A stretch of DNA of 64,000 nucleotides from Eledone cirrhosa (GCA_964016885.1 OZ024764.1:16120001-16184000); one strand, 5' to 3'. Positions 12,333-26,109 are shown, counted from the first letter of the stretch. Made by a program: numbers and translations. The notes: generated by a model from the sequence alone, not told the origin.

Positions 12333-14050
12333 CTTTACATTACTCTATATATACTATTGTATTTTCACAGTAATGGCTTTACCTCACATAACATTTACAT
12401 TATTCTATATATACTATTGTATTTTCACAGTAAAGGCTTTACCTCACATAACATTTACATTACTCTATATATACTATTGTATTTTCACAGTAAAGGCTTT
12501 ACCTCACATAATATTTCACATAACATTTACATTACTCTATATATACTATTGTATTGTCACAGTAAAGACTTTACCTCACATAATATCTCACATAACATTT
12601 ACATTACTCTATATATACTATTGTATTGTCACAGTAAAGACTTTACCTCACATAATATCTCACATAACATTTACATTAGTCTATATATACTATTGTATTG
12701 TCACAGTAAAGGCTTTACCTCACATAATACCTCACATAACATTTACAATACTCTATATATACTATTGTATTTTCACAGTGCTGGATTTACCTCACATAAC
12801 ATTTACATTACTCTATATATACTATTGTATTGTCACAGTAAAGACTTTACCTCACATAATATCTCACATAACATTTACATTACTCTATATATACTATTGT
12901 ATTTTCACAGTAAAGGCTTTACCTCACATAACATTTACATTACTCTATATATACTATTGTATTGTCACAGTAAAGGCTTTACCTCACATAATATCTCACA
13001 TAACATTTACATTACTCTATATATACTATTGTATTGTCACAGTAAAGACTTTACCTCACATAATATCTCACATAACATTTACATTACTCTATATATACTA
13101 TTGTATTTTCACAGTAAAGGCTTTACCTCACATAATATCTCACATAACATTTACATTACTCTATATATACTATTGTATTGTCACAGTAAAGGCTTTACCT
13201 CACATAATATCTCACATAACATTTACATTACTCTATATATACTATTGTATTGTCACAGTAAAGGCTTTACCTCACATAACATTTACAATACTCTATATAT
13301 ACTATTGTATTGTCACAGTAAAGGCTTTACCTCACATAACATTTACATTACTCTATATATACTATTGTATTCTCACAGTAAAGGCTTTACCTCACATAAC
13401 ATTTACATTACTCTATATATACTATTGTATTCTCACAGTAAAGGCTTTACCTCACATAACATTTACATTACTCTATATATACTATTGTATTCTCACAGTA
13501 AAGGCTTTACCTCACATAACATTTACAATACTCTATATATACTATTGTATTGTCACAGTAAAGGCTTTACCTCACATAACATTTACAATACTCTATATAT
13601 ACTATTGTATTGTCACAGTAAAGGCTTTACCTCACATAACATTTACAATACTCTATATATACTATTGTATTTTCACAGTAAAGGCTTTACCTCACATAAC
13701 ATTTACATTACTCTATATATACTATTGTATTCTCACAGTAAAGGCTTTACCTCACATAACATTTACATTACTCTATATATACTATTGTATTCTCACAGTA
13801 AAGGCTTTACCTCACATAACATTTACAATACTCTATATATACTATTGTATTGTCACAGTAAAGGCTTTACCTCACATAACATTTACAATACTCTATATAT
13901 ACTATTGTATTGTCACAGTAAAGGCTTTACCTCACATAACATTTACAATACTCTATATATACTATTGTATTTTCACAGTAAAGGCTTTACCTCACATAAC
14001 ATTTACATTACTCTATATATACTATTGTATTGTCACAGTGCTGGATTTAC
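12333..14050 (+). repeat. 60/72-bp minisatellite, ~27 copies, from the piggyBac-like MITE interior
   Basis: Unit atttacattactctatatatactattgtattttcacagtaaaggctttacctcacataac with or without a 12-bp insert; same unit at 21540-21960 and inverted at 11450-11850. Confidence 0.95.
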
Positions 14051-14634
14051 CATTGGGCTTAGGTGTGTTTAAGGACATGGCCCTGTTGGCCAGGGGAGCC
14101 ATTTACCTGCCAACATTTTTTTTCCCTCCTTCAGGGCCCAAGTAAGAGGTCTCATAACTTAACTAACACAGGGCCTCATTTGTCCTAAATCCCGCAGTGC
14201 TTAACATCTGTATGAGTGGCCAGTTACAGCCGGTTTGTACAGGAGGAGGTGAGAGAATTCTGGCCGAATGTGGTCGGTTTAAAGGCTAAAGGGTTAATGA
14301 AAGTAGCCCATTTGATTGATCTGTGCAGGAAACTGACTCTACCAAACGTTGACTGGGTTCCTGATGTAATGTAGAAGAGTAATGTAGGAACTGAGGGTGC
14401 AACTTGATGATATCCATCATTCCCATACCAGTAATTGGTGCAGGTTGGTTGTTGTCTGACTGAGTGGACCGGGATGGGGTTTTAAGGGGCATGTTTGAAC
14501 TTAATCTATGGCTGATGTAATACAGTTTTGTAGGTAGGGTTGATTTTAGTATGGTAAATAGTGCTTGTTTTGGCCTGTGGAGAACACAGCTGTGTTTTAG
14601 ATTTGCTTATGTTCTAGTTGAGGCAGGTATAACC

Positions 14635-14673
<39 letters not shown>

Positions 14674-14811
14674 AGAGTTAAACAAGGTTCAATGAATACA
14701 TCAAAGAATGAGTTTTACAATAGATTGGAAGCACTCAACAGCAAAATGTTTTCCAGAGTTATTAATATTAATTCAAAATATTAACAAAATAGATATTCTT
14801 GTGATCAATTA

Positions 14812-14878
14812 TATTTTATTATACATATTTCAGAGGTACTGAGTTAAGTTCAACAGTACGTCCTCATCAGATAAAATA
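14812..14878 (-). ncRNA. Hammerhead motif, family A (left arm of palindrome)
   Basis: Reverse complement of the 14980-15046 motif. Confidence 0.65.
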
Positions 14879-14979
14879 AAATGATACATGACATACCCTG
14901 ACATGGTAGATGGTTAAGATTCTACTACCTTGATTGAATCTTAACCATCTACCATGTCAGGTTATGTCATGTATCATTT

Positions 14980-15046
14980 TATTTTATCTGATGAGGACGT
15001 ACTGTTGAACTTAACTCAGTACCTCTGAAATATGTATAATAAAATA
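14980..15046 (+). ncRNA. Hammerhead motif, family A (right arm of palindrome)
   Basis: TATTTTAT-CTGATGA-GGAC GTACTG..CAGTAC CTCT-GAA-ATATGTAT-A-ATAAAATA: 8-bp stem I, near-palindromic stem III. Confidence 0.65.
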
Positions 15047-15586
15047 TAATTGATCACAAGAATATCTATTTTGTTAATATTTTGAATTAATATTATATAT
15101 GTATGTAAAAGGTAAACAGCAAAAACAACACAATCGGTACAGTATATGGAAGGTATATATTAGATTAACGCTTGATATAGCAGGAAGATATATATCACCT
15201 ATTTGGGATAAACTACTGACATGCAGTGCTTTGGATGGCTCGGACCTGCTTATCATCAGGAGGTTATTATGTAACAACTAAGATAAACAACAGTCTTGTG
15301 CAACTATATATATATATTTATTAAAATAACAGATTAAAGTTTAAGCAAAGAATCGCTTAAGGGTGAAAGCAGTGATTTCTTTGCTTAAACTTTAATCTGT
15401 TATTTTAATAAATATTTGCTCTAGGCTTCTTATATATTTGATATATATTTATCCTTATCAAGCCCTCTTTGGATTTTAGTCTTCACATTTATTATTATTA
15501 CTATTATATATACATATATGTGTATGTGTAAAAAAGTACCCTGGTATGTTATATTTTTGTGCACAATGTCGTGTTTAAGGTATCTA

Positions 15587-15660
15587 TATCTTATGTAATT
15601 CTGACGAGTCCTAATATTGAGCTTTTAATATTAAGGATGAAACACTTGTAAATTAAGATA
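15587..15660 (+). ncRNA. Minimal type I hammerhead ribozyme motif
   Basis: Stem I TAATT/AATTA (extended TATCT/AGATA); core CTGACGA 15601-15607; stem II GTCC-TAATATTGA/TTAATATTA-A-GGAT; GAAAC 15639-15643; predicted cleavage after GTA at 15650. Confidence 0.75.
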
Positions 15661-15910
15661 TGATATAGTTAGCAGTGTATGGCTTATTTTTCAATGTATC
15701 TCTCTCTCTATATATATATATATATAGTTGCACAAGAGTGTTGTTTATCTTAGTTGTTACATAGTAACTTCCTGATGATAAGCAGGTCCTAGCCACCCAA
15801 AGCACTGCATGTCAGTAGATTATCCCGAGTAGGTGATAACGAGTGATGAAGTATTCATTTAGCAGATAATGGTAGTTAAGATGGGATTAAATGACCATAA
15901 TTTTTTTATT

Positions 15911-15961
15911 GCATTATATATATTTCTGGTACATGGTTATTCATGTGACTTCATCAGATGC
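15911..15961 (-). ncRNA. Hammerhead motif, family A-like
   Basis: Minus strand GCAT-CTGATGA-AGTCACATG AATAAC CATGTACCA-GAA-ATATATAT-A-ATGC; first stem II pair is mismatched. Confidence 0.5.
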
Positions 15962-17259
15962 TTAAGCATTGGTGCAGTTATGCAATCATTGTGATATGCC
16001 GGTGGCCATGCACATCCATCCAGTAGTGAAGTGGTTCATATATATATATATAATCTCTCTCTGCCACATAGTTTGTTCAACCTAGAAGTTCTTGCCAGTT
16101 TAGTATACTATTAACATCCGTCCTGTTTCTCCTTATAAGGCAATCTCTTTGTTTTATTTCTTTCACATCATATAAATCTAAATATAGTCTCTTCCACACA
16201 GTTTGTCCCATTTCTCCTTATAAGGCAATCTCTTTGTTTGTTTTTTTTACATGATGTTCCCTCCATGGCCTTCTCTCTCCCCACAACTTTAAGTGTCGTA
16301 AATTTAAATGTCATGTTCATCTACGTTTGATCAATATCACCATAAATATTAATTATTGAGAAGACATAATTACTATATAACCAGATGGATTAATATATTT
16401 AATTTTTCTAATTGACTTCCAAGTTAAATATTAAAGTCTTTCAAACAAATCGTTAAGAAATATTTCAAGAGATATTCTACTGTCTGGAAATGGTCTTATT
16501 TCTTCTAATTATTTACTTCCTCCCTCTTATAATAACCATTTTTTTTCCTCCGCATTCCTATTATTGATAAAGATTTACATTTCTTTTCGTAGAATAAATT
16601 GAAGGAAACCTGATTTCTGAAGTGACAGACCAAGGGAAATTCCAAATTGGTTTGATTAATTTGTCGACTCAGTGTTCAGTAAATATTTTTAAAAAAAAAA
16701 AATCCTTGCTGTCCGGCCAAAATTCATTGTGGGACTGAAACGTTACCCTACGTGTAATTTCATCTTCATCATGTTGACATTATTTCAGTGCGGAGGTCAG
16801 ACTGAGGACTCCAATTGCAGAATTTTAAACCAAGATTCAAAATGATAAATTATAATGTTGAAAGCAAACATAGTTTAGAGGAGAAAAGAAAGGAAAAAAA
16901 AAGACTATGACACCCAATCAAAATGCTGGCTCCTTGATATGTATATTTAGATAATGTATAGAATGATGCTATAAAATAGGGTGAAAACCCTTAAAAGACA
17001 GAAAAGAAGTTGCCATTGTCTACTATGAGAAACTTCCTCATAGTTAACAATGGCAACTTTTTCAGTCTTTTAGGGTTTCCACCCTAATTTATAGCATCAC
17101 CGCACATGTGCACATCATACCCTATATTAACTCTATCTTCTCAGCCCCTTGTAAGAGCCTGAGGGATCAGCCAGGTATACACAATGTATATTTAGATATA
17201 TTTTATACTTTGTAATTATTCAGTTGTGGGTTCAATCCCAGGTGTGTGACATCTTGGGT

Positions 17260-17296
<37 letters not shown>

Positions 17297-17704
17297 CAGC
17301 TCACACCTATGCAGGTTTAGCTGGCCTCCTCCAAGGTATATCTCGTTGGAGGTATCTTGGGTAATTTAATGATAGGGACCCCACTCCCTATCATCTCATT
17401 TCTACAGCTGACTAAACTGGAGCAACGTGAAATAAAGTGTCTTGCTCAAGGAAACAACACATCACCTGGTCCGAGAATTGAACTCACAACCTTTTGATTG
17501 CAAGCCCAATGCTCTAACCACTAAGCCATATACCTTCATTGTGAGCACAACAATATCATAATTGTTAGACAACACACCTCCATATTAACCAGTTGTGATA
17601 TGATGTAGTTAACTTTGTCATCTACACCAGGTGTCACACACCTGACAGCTAGCTCATCTAATGATTGAAAAACACTTTCTTTATGTGTGTGTGTGTAATA
17701 GACA

Positions 17705-17735
<31 letters not shown>

Positions 17736-19615
17736 TTATTTATTTATTAAAATAACGGATTAAAGTTTAAGCAAAGAATCACTGCTTAACGAAGGGTGAA
17801 AGCAGCGATTCTTTGCTTAAACTTTAATCTGTTATTTTAATAAATATTTGTTCTATGGTTCTTATATATTTGATATATATTTATCTTTATCGAGCCCTCT
17901 TTGGATTTTAGTCTTCACATTTATTATTATTACTATATATGTATATAGTTCAGCTGACCATTTATTGGCAGTTTTGTGTGTGTGTATGTGGAGCGAGAGT
18001 CTCCTAGTCTTCATTAAGACATCTCTCTAGAAGGTCACTCTGATAAAACCTGTGACATCCAATGATGTAGACCAGTTCTTCTTTTTGGGTAAATGCTTTC
18101 AATGTTCAGAAAGTGGGATTGGCCCCATGCAAAGCCTTTCCTCACTTAAAAAAGCTTTAAACACAGGCATTGCTTGATGTGTGACACTTTTCTGTGATGC
18201 ATGGCATTGCTGGCCATGGGCAAGTCCCTAGCAGGACTAAACTGCCATGTCGGTGATGTTCATGCTTAAGTATCAAGTGATGGCATTACACGAAATAGAT
18301 TTGCAGCCATTGTCTATCATCATCATCATCATCACCGTTTTACGTCTGTTCTTCCATGCACACAGATACATATATGTATGTCTATGCATGCATGTATATA
18401 TATATATATATACACACACACATATACATACACACTCAAACTTATGTATATATATACATATAGTGAAGATGCATGGCTTAGTGGTGGTAAGTTCAACTGT
18501 GAACTTGCGCTGTGTTTCCTTGAGCAAGACATTTTATTTGATGTTGCTCCAGTTAACTCGGCAGTTGAAATGAGTTGTGACATCACTGGTGCCAAATTTA
18601 GAATGAAAATATCTTAAAGTCAATCTAGCAAAGCAAGAAGAAAGGAATAGAGAGCCCTGGCCCCTTCAGTGAAATAGCCTTGCTCGGTACACTGGGAGTG
18701 GGTAGCAATTCCATCCTATGTCCCAAATGCAGACTATGGGTAGGTTTTATATGTGATTGATGTACTGGAGCTGTAAGTATCAAGGGCTCACAGAAGACCA
18801 GCTCTATGAAATGCTCTGAGGGCTCAGTAGTAGTAGTAGTTGTTAGCTTGTGTCACCTGGGCGACCAAATTAGCCGTGAAGGTGGGTTTTCCGAGAGTGA
18901 GAACAGGATGGAGAAAGTTTGGGGAGCTACTACTACTACTACTACTACTACTGCTTCTGCTGCTGCTGCTGCTAGCTCCGAAAGGTTTTTTTTTTTCCTC
19001 AAAATGAAGGGTAGATTGTATGATGCTTGTGTATGACTAGCCATGCTACGTAGTAGTTAAACGAGGGCTTTGTGAGTTCCCAGTGGAGGTGTGGCGTTTG
19101 ATGACATGGGCACAGAGAGCTGCATAAAAAGATAGAGGGCGCTTGAAAATCTTGGGATGATGTAGTAAAAGCTGAGCTCGCAAGAGATGTTACTGCATCA
19201 AGTCCTTTGGTGATGTGGCTGTACTGCAGAAGACCCCCCTTCTCTTCCCTTCCCCCCACACACACATGATTATATATATATTTATATATATATAAATAAA
19301 ATGTGTGTATATATACAAGCATACACACACATACATGGTGTATGTATGTATATATATATATATATATATGCACTGTGCATCTGCATGTGTGTTTACTTGT
19401 TCGTTATTTAAGTTGGTGCTGTTTGTTTATGCCCTGCATAGATTGAGTTAATGTAGAGCATGTCTTGGAGCCAGCATATTATACATACATATATGGACAT
19501 ACCACACATACATATGTGTACAGCATATAGACATTCGTACACCCACCAGCGTATATGAACACTGTTGCAGCTGATTGCAATTTTTATAATACTGATTATG
19601 GAACATTCCCCTCTC

Positions 19616-19665
<50 letters not shown>

Positions 19666-19766
19666 TCCTGCTGTGACCTGCTAGAACTCCGACAATGGAC
19701 ACTTGCTCCAGATATAACCAGAATTCAAAGGATATTCTTTTCAGCCCTGCATATATATATACATAT

Positions 19767-19799
<33 letters not shown>

Positions 19800-19800
<1 letters not shown>

Positions 19801-20110
19801 AGTGTACCCCCGGCATTTGCAGTCCCGGTTATTCACGGAATTTTCCTTAGAACCTAACTAATAAATATTCGTGGAAACCACCTCATATTTGTGGAATCGT
19901 AAATATCTTCAGTGAATTTTTTTATGGCAATGTATATGTTTTTTAACACTAAATTATTAATAACAATATACCGTATTTGCCGGCCCCTATTTTACGTTGT
20001 GGTTTGACGTTTGTAGGCATTTTTATGGACCATGTCCTCCATTCACGGCTTTTCACTCTTCGTGGGTGCTCTGGTTACATAACCTCCGCGAATACCGGGG
20101 GACAACTGTA
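19800..20110. mobile_element. Tc1/pogo-like MITE (other copies about 39497-40780, interrupted, and 55598-55883)
   Basis: Imperfect TIRs CAGTGTACCCCCGG / CCGGGGGACAACTG-TA; internal sequence shared by three copies. Confidence 0.65.
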
Positions 20111-20111
20111 T

Positions 20112-20166
<55 letters not shown>

Positions 20167-20378
20167 GGAGAAAGTATGACCCCGACGACAGAGCTCAAGC
20201 CGTTTCGACGGCTATTTCTGGACTAAAAAAAGTATTGAGTACTCTGGTGCGTTATGGTCCATCTGGTTCCTTACCACAGCTCCTTCATTATATATATATA
20301 CACACATACACACACTCTCCCTCGCTCTCACACACACACAGACACACTCCATCTCTCTCACACACATTTATACACACT

Positions 20379-20413
<35 letters not shown>

Positions 20414-20557
20414 GTGTGTGTGTGTGTGTATCTAGCATCTGTGTTTTTTAAAGAACTAACTGCTCCTCTCCAACTTTCATCTTTTCCACTTCAAAACTGA
20501 AACAAAGAATATTTTACTATTTCGTTTTTTTTTTCTGTTTTGTTTCTGTTTTTTTAG

Positions 20558-20601
20558 GACGACGTACTCAAGTCTGATGGAAGAGTTGAGAAAGAGAGAA
20601 G
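20558..20601 (+). CDS. RBM39: RBM39 second coding exon (44 nt, phase 0 to 2)
   Basis: Long U-rich tract ending ttttag at 20557; DDVLKSDGRVEKER+AG; donor AAG|gtaggt. In frame with the previous exon. Confidence 0.85.
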
Positions 20602-20695
20602 GTAGGTTCAATTTTCTTTCCCCCCCTCTATCTCTTTTAATATTGATCAGTATTGATTTTGTTTTTGTTTTAATTGGTCTTCATTGATATGTTTG

Positions 20696-20920
20696 TTAAC
20701 CCTTTAGCATTTACATTACTCTATATATACTGTTGTATTTTTGTGGTGAAGGCTTTACCTCACATATCTCACATAATATCGAAGCTATGTGATTTTGATA
20801 TTATATATTTTGAGAACAATGCATTAACATAAGTAGGAGTGGCCGGTTAGAGCCGGTTTGACCAAAAAGAGGTGAGGAAATTCTGGCCGGATACAGCCGG
20901 TTTAAATGCTAAAGGGTTAA
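20696..20920. mobile_element. piggyBac-like MITE (reference copy; others at 6133-6418, 11299-11863, 21533-22400, 23307-23472, 23469-23686, 23725-23917, 32126-32337)
   Basis: TTAA-CCCTTTAGCATTTA...TAAATGCTAAAGGG-TTAA: TIRs beginning CCC with TTAA target duplication; non-coding. Confidence 0.8.
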
Positions 20921-23900
20921 ACATTTGAACATGATTGGGTGGTATGGTGTGGTGTGGAAATTTGTTAAATAAATATATCTAGGCACAGACATAGCTGGGT
21001 GGGGATTGGTCGAGTTGTGATGATGGGGCAATATAACTGAAGTCAATAGAAACAATGATGGTCTCGTGCACAGAAATACTATAAACTAGGGTGAAGACCC
21101 TTAATGATGGAAAAAGGGGTTGCCATTGACTGCGATGAGGAATTGAATCCCTAATCAGTATCTGGGAGATATGGGATTCAATTGGTTCAATTCTTCATAG
21201 TGGCTGATGGCAACTCCTTTTTCCATCTTTTAAGGGACCTTACACTATTTTTGAGATCTGCTATGTATCCTGATAATTATTTTGTCTCTCTTGGAAAACT
21301 GTTTCCATGTGAAAAGAAAGGTTTAATTTCTTGTCTGCTTCACAATGATCAATACATTTATTGTATAATATTGATTAATATTGAACAATATTGAATACTT
21401 ACAGCTTTTCTTCTACTTTAATTCGGTTATTCACTTTATCTTATTAAGGTGCGTCTGGCAACGTCAGGCTCTTTTGCTAGTTCCAAATATAATAGAGAAG
21501 TTAGGTATCTTTAAATCGAATTTGAGATTTATTTAACCCTTTAGCATTTACATTACTCTATTATCACCTTAAAGGCTTTACCTCACCTAATTATCTAACA
21601 TAATATCTCACATAACATTTACATTACTCTATATATACTATTGTATTTTCACAGTAAAGGCTTTACCTCACATAATACCTCACATAACATTTACATTACT
21701 CTATATATACTATTGTATTATCACAGTAAAGGCTTTACCTCACATAATATCTCACATAACATTTACATTACTCTATATATACTATAGTATTTTCACAGTA
21801 AAGGCTTTACCTCACATAATATCTCACATAACATTTACATTACTCTATATATACTATTGTATTATCACAGTAAAGGCTTTACCTCATATAATATCTCACA
21901 TAACATTTACATTACTCTATATATACTATTGTATTTTTGTGGTAAAGGCTTTACCTCACATAAATATCTCATATAATATCGAATCTACGAGATTTTGATA
22001 TTATTCATTTTTGTGGTAAAGGCTTTACCTCACATAAATATCTCACATAATATTGAATCTACGAGATTTTGATATTATTCATTTTTGTGGTAAAGGCTTT
22101 ACCTCACAAATATCTCACATAATATTGAATCTACGAGATTTTGATATTATTCATTTTTGTGGTAAAGGCTTTACCTCACATAAATATCTCACATAATATT
22201 GAATCTACGAGATTTTGATATTCTTTTTTGTGGTAAAGGCTTTACCTCACATAAATATCTCACATAATATCGAATCTACGAGATTTTGATATTATATATT
22301 TTGAGAACACCACCTTAACATAAGTATGAGCAGCCAGTCTGAACAGAAAGAGGTGAGAGAATTCTGGCTGGATACGGCCGGTTTAAATGGCTAAGGGTTC
22401 AATAAAACGGACAGAACTTTTGTTACAAACTGATATATATGTATATGTGTGTGTGTGTGTGTGTATATGTATATATATATGTGTGTGTGTGTGTGTATAT
22501 ATATATGTGTGTGTATGTGTATATATATATAATATATATATCTGTATATATATATATATATGTGTGTGTATATATGTATATATATGATGGGTATTTAAAC
22601 GGTTTGTGGAATGTATCTTTTATAGGAACACTATGCAAATATTTTCCCATTTCTTTGTAGCAACCTAAACATGTACCTACATGTTCTAACCTGCATGATT
22701 TGGAAGTAATTTGAAGCAATAAATTGAATTTTATGTAATTTTAATAGCTACCATCCTGAGCCCTTTAGTTACCAACCCAGCCAAAATCGGCTTCTATTTT
22801 AAATTAAAATCTTCCAACACAATTTTATATAAGAACCTTACATTAAGTTACTCTCTTAGTAATGAAATAATAATTTTAGTAAATACCTCAAAATTCTTTA
22901 CTAATTAATTAAAAGAGTTTATTTCATTGAAAGAGATAAACAAGGTGTGTTCTCTCAAAACTGAAACAAGAACCTATTTACCAATTTATGGTAAAACTTT
23001 GTTGGAAGAAATAAAGTTAGTTATTGAATAAAGTAATATAGTTAATAGAAAGCATTGTGTGATATGTAATAATTGATAGGTTTTGAAAAGCCTATACCAT
23101 GTAGTAGAAATATATAAAGGGTGAAGAATGACAAATAAAACAAAGTAATGTTTTACTCAGTATATTTCAACATAATATTTCAGGGCTACAACCTTCTTTT
23201 CAAATGTAAAACGGAAAGTTCAAAACAAAAACAAACAAAATTTTGAGAAATGTTTATGGAGATACTGCCCTTAAAAAATTAGCAATTTACGAATGAATAA
23301 GTTGTTTTAACCCTTTTGTATTTACATTACTCTATATATACTATTTTATGTTCACGGTTAGAATGTCTTAGGAGAGAATCGCTGGACAGTTGATATTATC
23401 TATTTTTAGGATAATACTTTATTGTAGGTATAATTGGCCGGATACAGCTGGTTTAGATGTTAAAAGGGTTAACCCTTTAGCATTTATATTACTCTATATT
23501 TACTATTGTATTTTCATGGTAAAGGCTTTACCCCACATAATTATCTCACATAATATTGAATCTATGAGATTTTGATGTTATTTATTTTGAGAACATTACC
23601 GTGACATCGGTATGAGTGGCTGGTTACAGCCAGTTTAAACAGAAAGAGGTGAGAGAATTCTTCTGGTTTAAATGCTAAAGGGTTAAAGAAGGACGAGAAG
23701 GAACGCTGATGATGATGATGGTTACTTCATATTTACTATTGTATTTTCACAGTAAAGGCTTTATCTCACATGATATCAAATATATGAGATTTTGATAATG
23801 ATTATTTTGAGAACAATACCTTAACATCATTATGAGTGGTTAGTTACAACCGGTTTGAACAGAAAGGGGTGAGAGAATTTCGGCTGGATATGGCTGGTTT

Positions 23901-24414
23901 AAATGCTAATGGGTTAAGTGATACATAAAAACTGAGCAAACTTTCTGCTTGCTGGGTGCCATAACAACTGTGTATGGATCAACAACAAACAAGAGCCCTG
24001 CTTTCTTTAGAAAGTTCAAACTTCAAAGAAGTGGGATCAAAATCTTGGAGGGTTTCTGAAGTGAATTGTGGTGGGGGTTGAAATGTGGCTTTACCAGTAT
24101 GATCCTGAAGACCAAGCCCAGTCAAAGCAAGATTGAACTGTTTAGGAGGAAAGCTGATGCCAACAGACTTTTGGGATGTTTTGTATGTTGACTTCTTAGA
24201 GCAGAGGTTCTCAAAGTGGGCACTACTGCCTTCCCCTGGCTGGTGTTGAGAAGGACCAGGAGGTGCTGGAGCCTAATGGTGTTGTGGGGCAGTAGAGACG
24301 ATATTATAGTATATTAAATATCAAATTATACATACATATATATAAATATAGTAAAATAAAGAATATAAAATATTTATTTACACATAGTATATATTATATC
24401 ATATATAAATTAGG

Positions 24415-24828
24415 AGGAGGACAGCTGCATAAGGTGCAGAGCACTAGAGGTCGATGGAAGCCGTGGAGTGGGGAGACCCAAGAAGACCTGGGATGAGGTG
24501 ATAAAAGCTGACCTTACCCAATTGCACCTCTCAAGGGCGATGACACACAACCGTGACCTCTGGCGTCACGCAGTAATTCAGAAGACCCGACTTCCCACGG
24601 GTACAAGCCGAAGCTGAAGCATATTGACAATATGCCCCCCCCCCACCCCCCACCCCCCCCACCCCACTGTGAAGTGGTCGTGGAGGTGCCATGGCAAAAA
24701 AGCACCCAGCACTCACTGTAAATGAGGTTGGTGTTAGGAAGGGCATCCAGCTGTAGAGATCAAGCCAGAATCAGTTCCCGTCCCACCCTTGCAAGCAGGG
24801 AAAAGCGGAAGTAAAATGATGATGATGA
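24415..24828 (+). mobile_element. RTE LINE 3' end fragment
   Basis: Closely matches 27640-28030, with (GAT)n tail. Confidence 0.8.
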
Positions 24829-24838
24829 TATGTGTGTG

Positions 24839-24873
<35 letters not shown>

Positions 24874-24934
24874 ATATATATATATGTGTGTGTGTGTGTA
24901 TATATGTGTATGTATATATATGTGTGTGTGTGTC

Positions 24935-24985
<51 letters not shown>

Positions 24986-25530
24986 ATGTATATATATATA
25001 TGTGTGTATGTATATATATATATGTGTGTATGTATATATATATATGTGTGTGTATATATATATATGTGTGTATGTATATATATATATGTGTGTATGTATA
25101 TATATATGTATGTGTGTGTATATATATATATGTGTGTATATATATATGTATGTGTATGTATATATATGTGTATGTATGTATATATATGTGTGTATGTATA
25201 TATATATATATATGTGTGTGTATGTATATATATGTGTGTATGTATATATGTGTATGTATATATGTGTATGTATATATATATGTGTGTATATATATATGTG
25301 TATGTATATATATATGTGTGTATATATATATGTGTGTATATATATATGTGTGTATATATATGTGTGTATATATATATGTGTGTATATATATGTGTGTATA
25401 TATATATGTGTATTTATATATGTGTGTATATATATATATGTGTGTATATATATATATATGTGTGTATATATATATATATATGTGTGTGTATATATATATA
25501 TATGTATGTGTGTGTATATATATATATGTG

Positions 25531-25564
<34 letters not shown>

Positions 25565-25602
25565 TGTATGTATATATATATATGTGTATATATATATATA
25601 TA

Positions 25603-25643
<41 letters not shown>

Positions 25644-25684
25644 ATATATATGTGTGTGCGTGTGTCTATATATATATGCGTGTG

Positions 25685-25745
<61 letters not shown>

Positions 25746-25752
25746 ATATATA

Positions 25753-25785
<33 letters not shown>

Positions 25786-25845
25786 GTGTGTGTGTATATA
25801 TATATATATATGTATGTGTATATATATATATATACACATACATAC
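24829..25845. repeat. ~1-kb compound (TA)n/(TG)m microsatellite
   Basis: Almost uninterrupted alternating purine-pyrimidine tract; similar tracts at 22430-22585, 32640-32980, 34280-34390. Confidence 0.97.
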
Positions 25846-26109
25846 CAGTAAACCTCGTTTCACAAACTGTCTTGAGTAATGAACATACAAGGTTGGCAAC
25901 AACAGTTGACAAGCTTGGAGTATCATCGAGAAAGTGTCACTTGCTGTGTAGTTAGTTACTATGGTGATATCTATCTGTCTTTCACACACAGTCACTCTGT
26001 CTCTCTCTCTCTCAATGTTTTCTATGGGGAAAATATTTCGGTTTACGAACATTTCCAGTGACAAATGACCTTCAGGAACGAATAAGGTTTGTGAACCAAG
26101 GTTCCACTG
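25846..26109. mobile_element. Tigger/pogo-like MITE
   Basis: Imperfect TIRs CAGTAAACCTCGTTTCACAAAC / GTTTGTGAACCAAGGTTCCACTG. Confidence 0.55.

Larger units (their letters stand above)
14763..15095. repeat. Near-perfect palindrome, ~160-bp arms, 13-nt loop
   Basis: 14763-14922 is the reverse complement of 14936-15095 with about one mismatch. Confidence 0.95.

Noticed and set aside
12357-14145. 571 and 590 aa repeat ORFs
   Set aside because: By-product of 60/72-bp MITE-derived units; no splice signals or protein-like composition.
15766-15838. CTGATGA in the 15193/15838 inverted pair as a hammerhead
   Set aside because: No downstream GAAA in either copy.
21016-21073. C/D snoRNA (GTGATGA..CTGA..ATGATG)
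   Set aside because: No terminal D box and no identifiable guide.
22693-22761. C/D snoRNA (ATGATT..CTGA)
   Set aside because: Degenerate C box, AT-rich, no terminal stem; expected by chance.
24734-25955. 339-392 aa ORFs rich in Y/I/C/V/H/T
   Set aside because: Translations of (TA)/(TG) microsatellite, which lacks stop codons.
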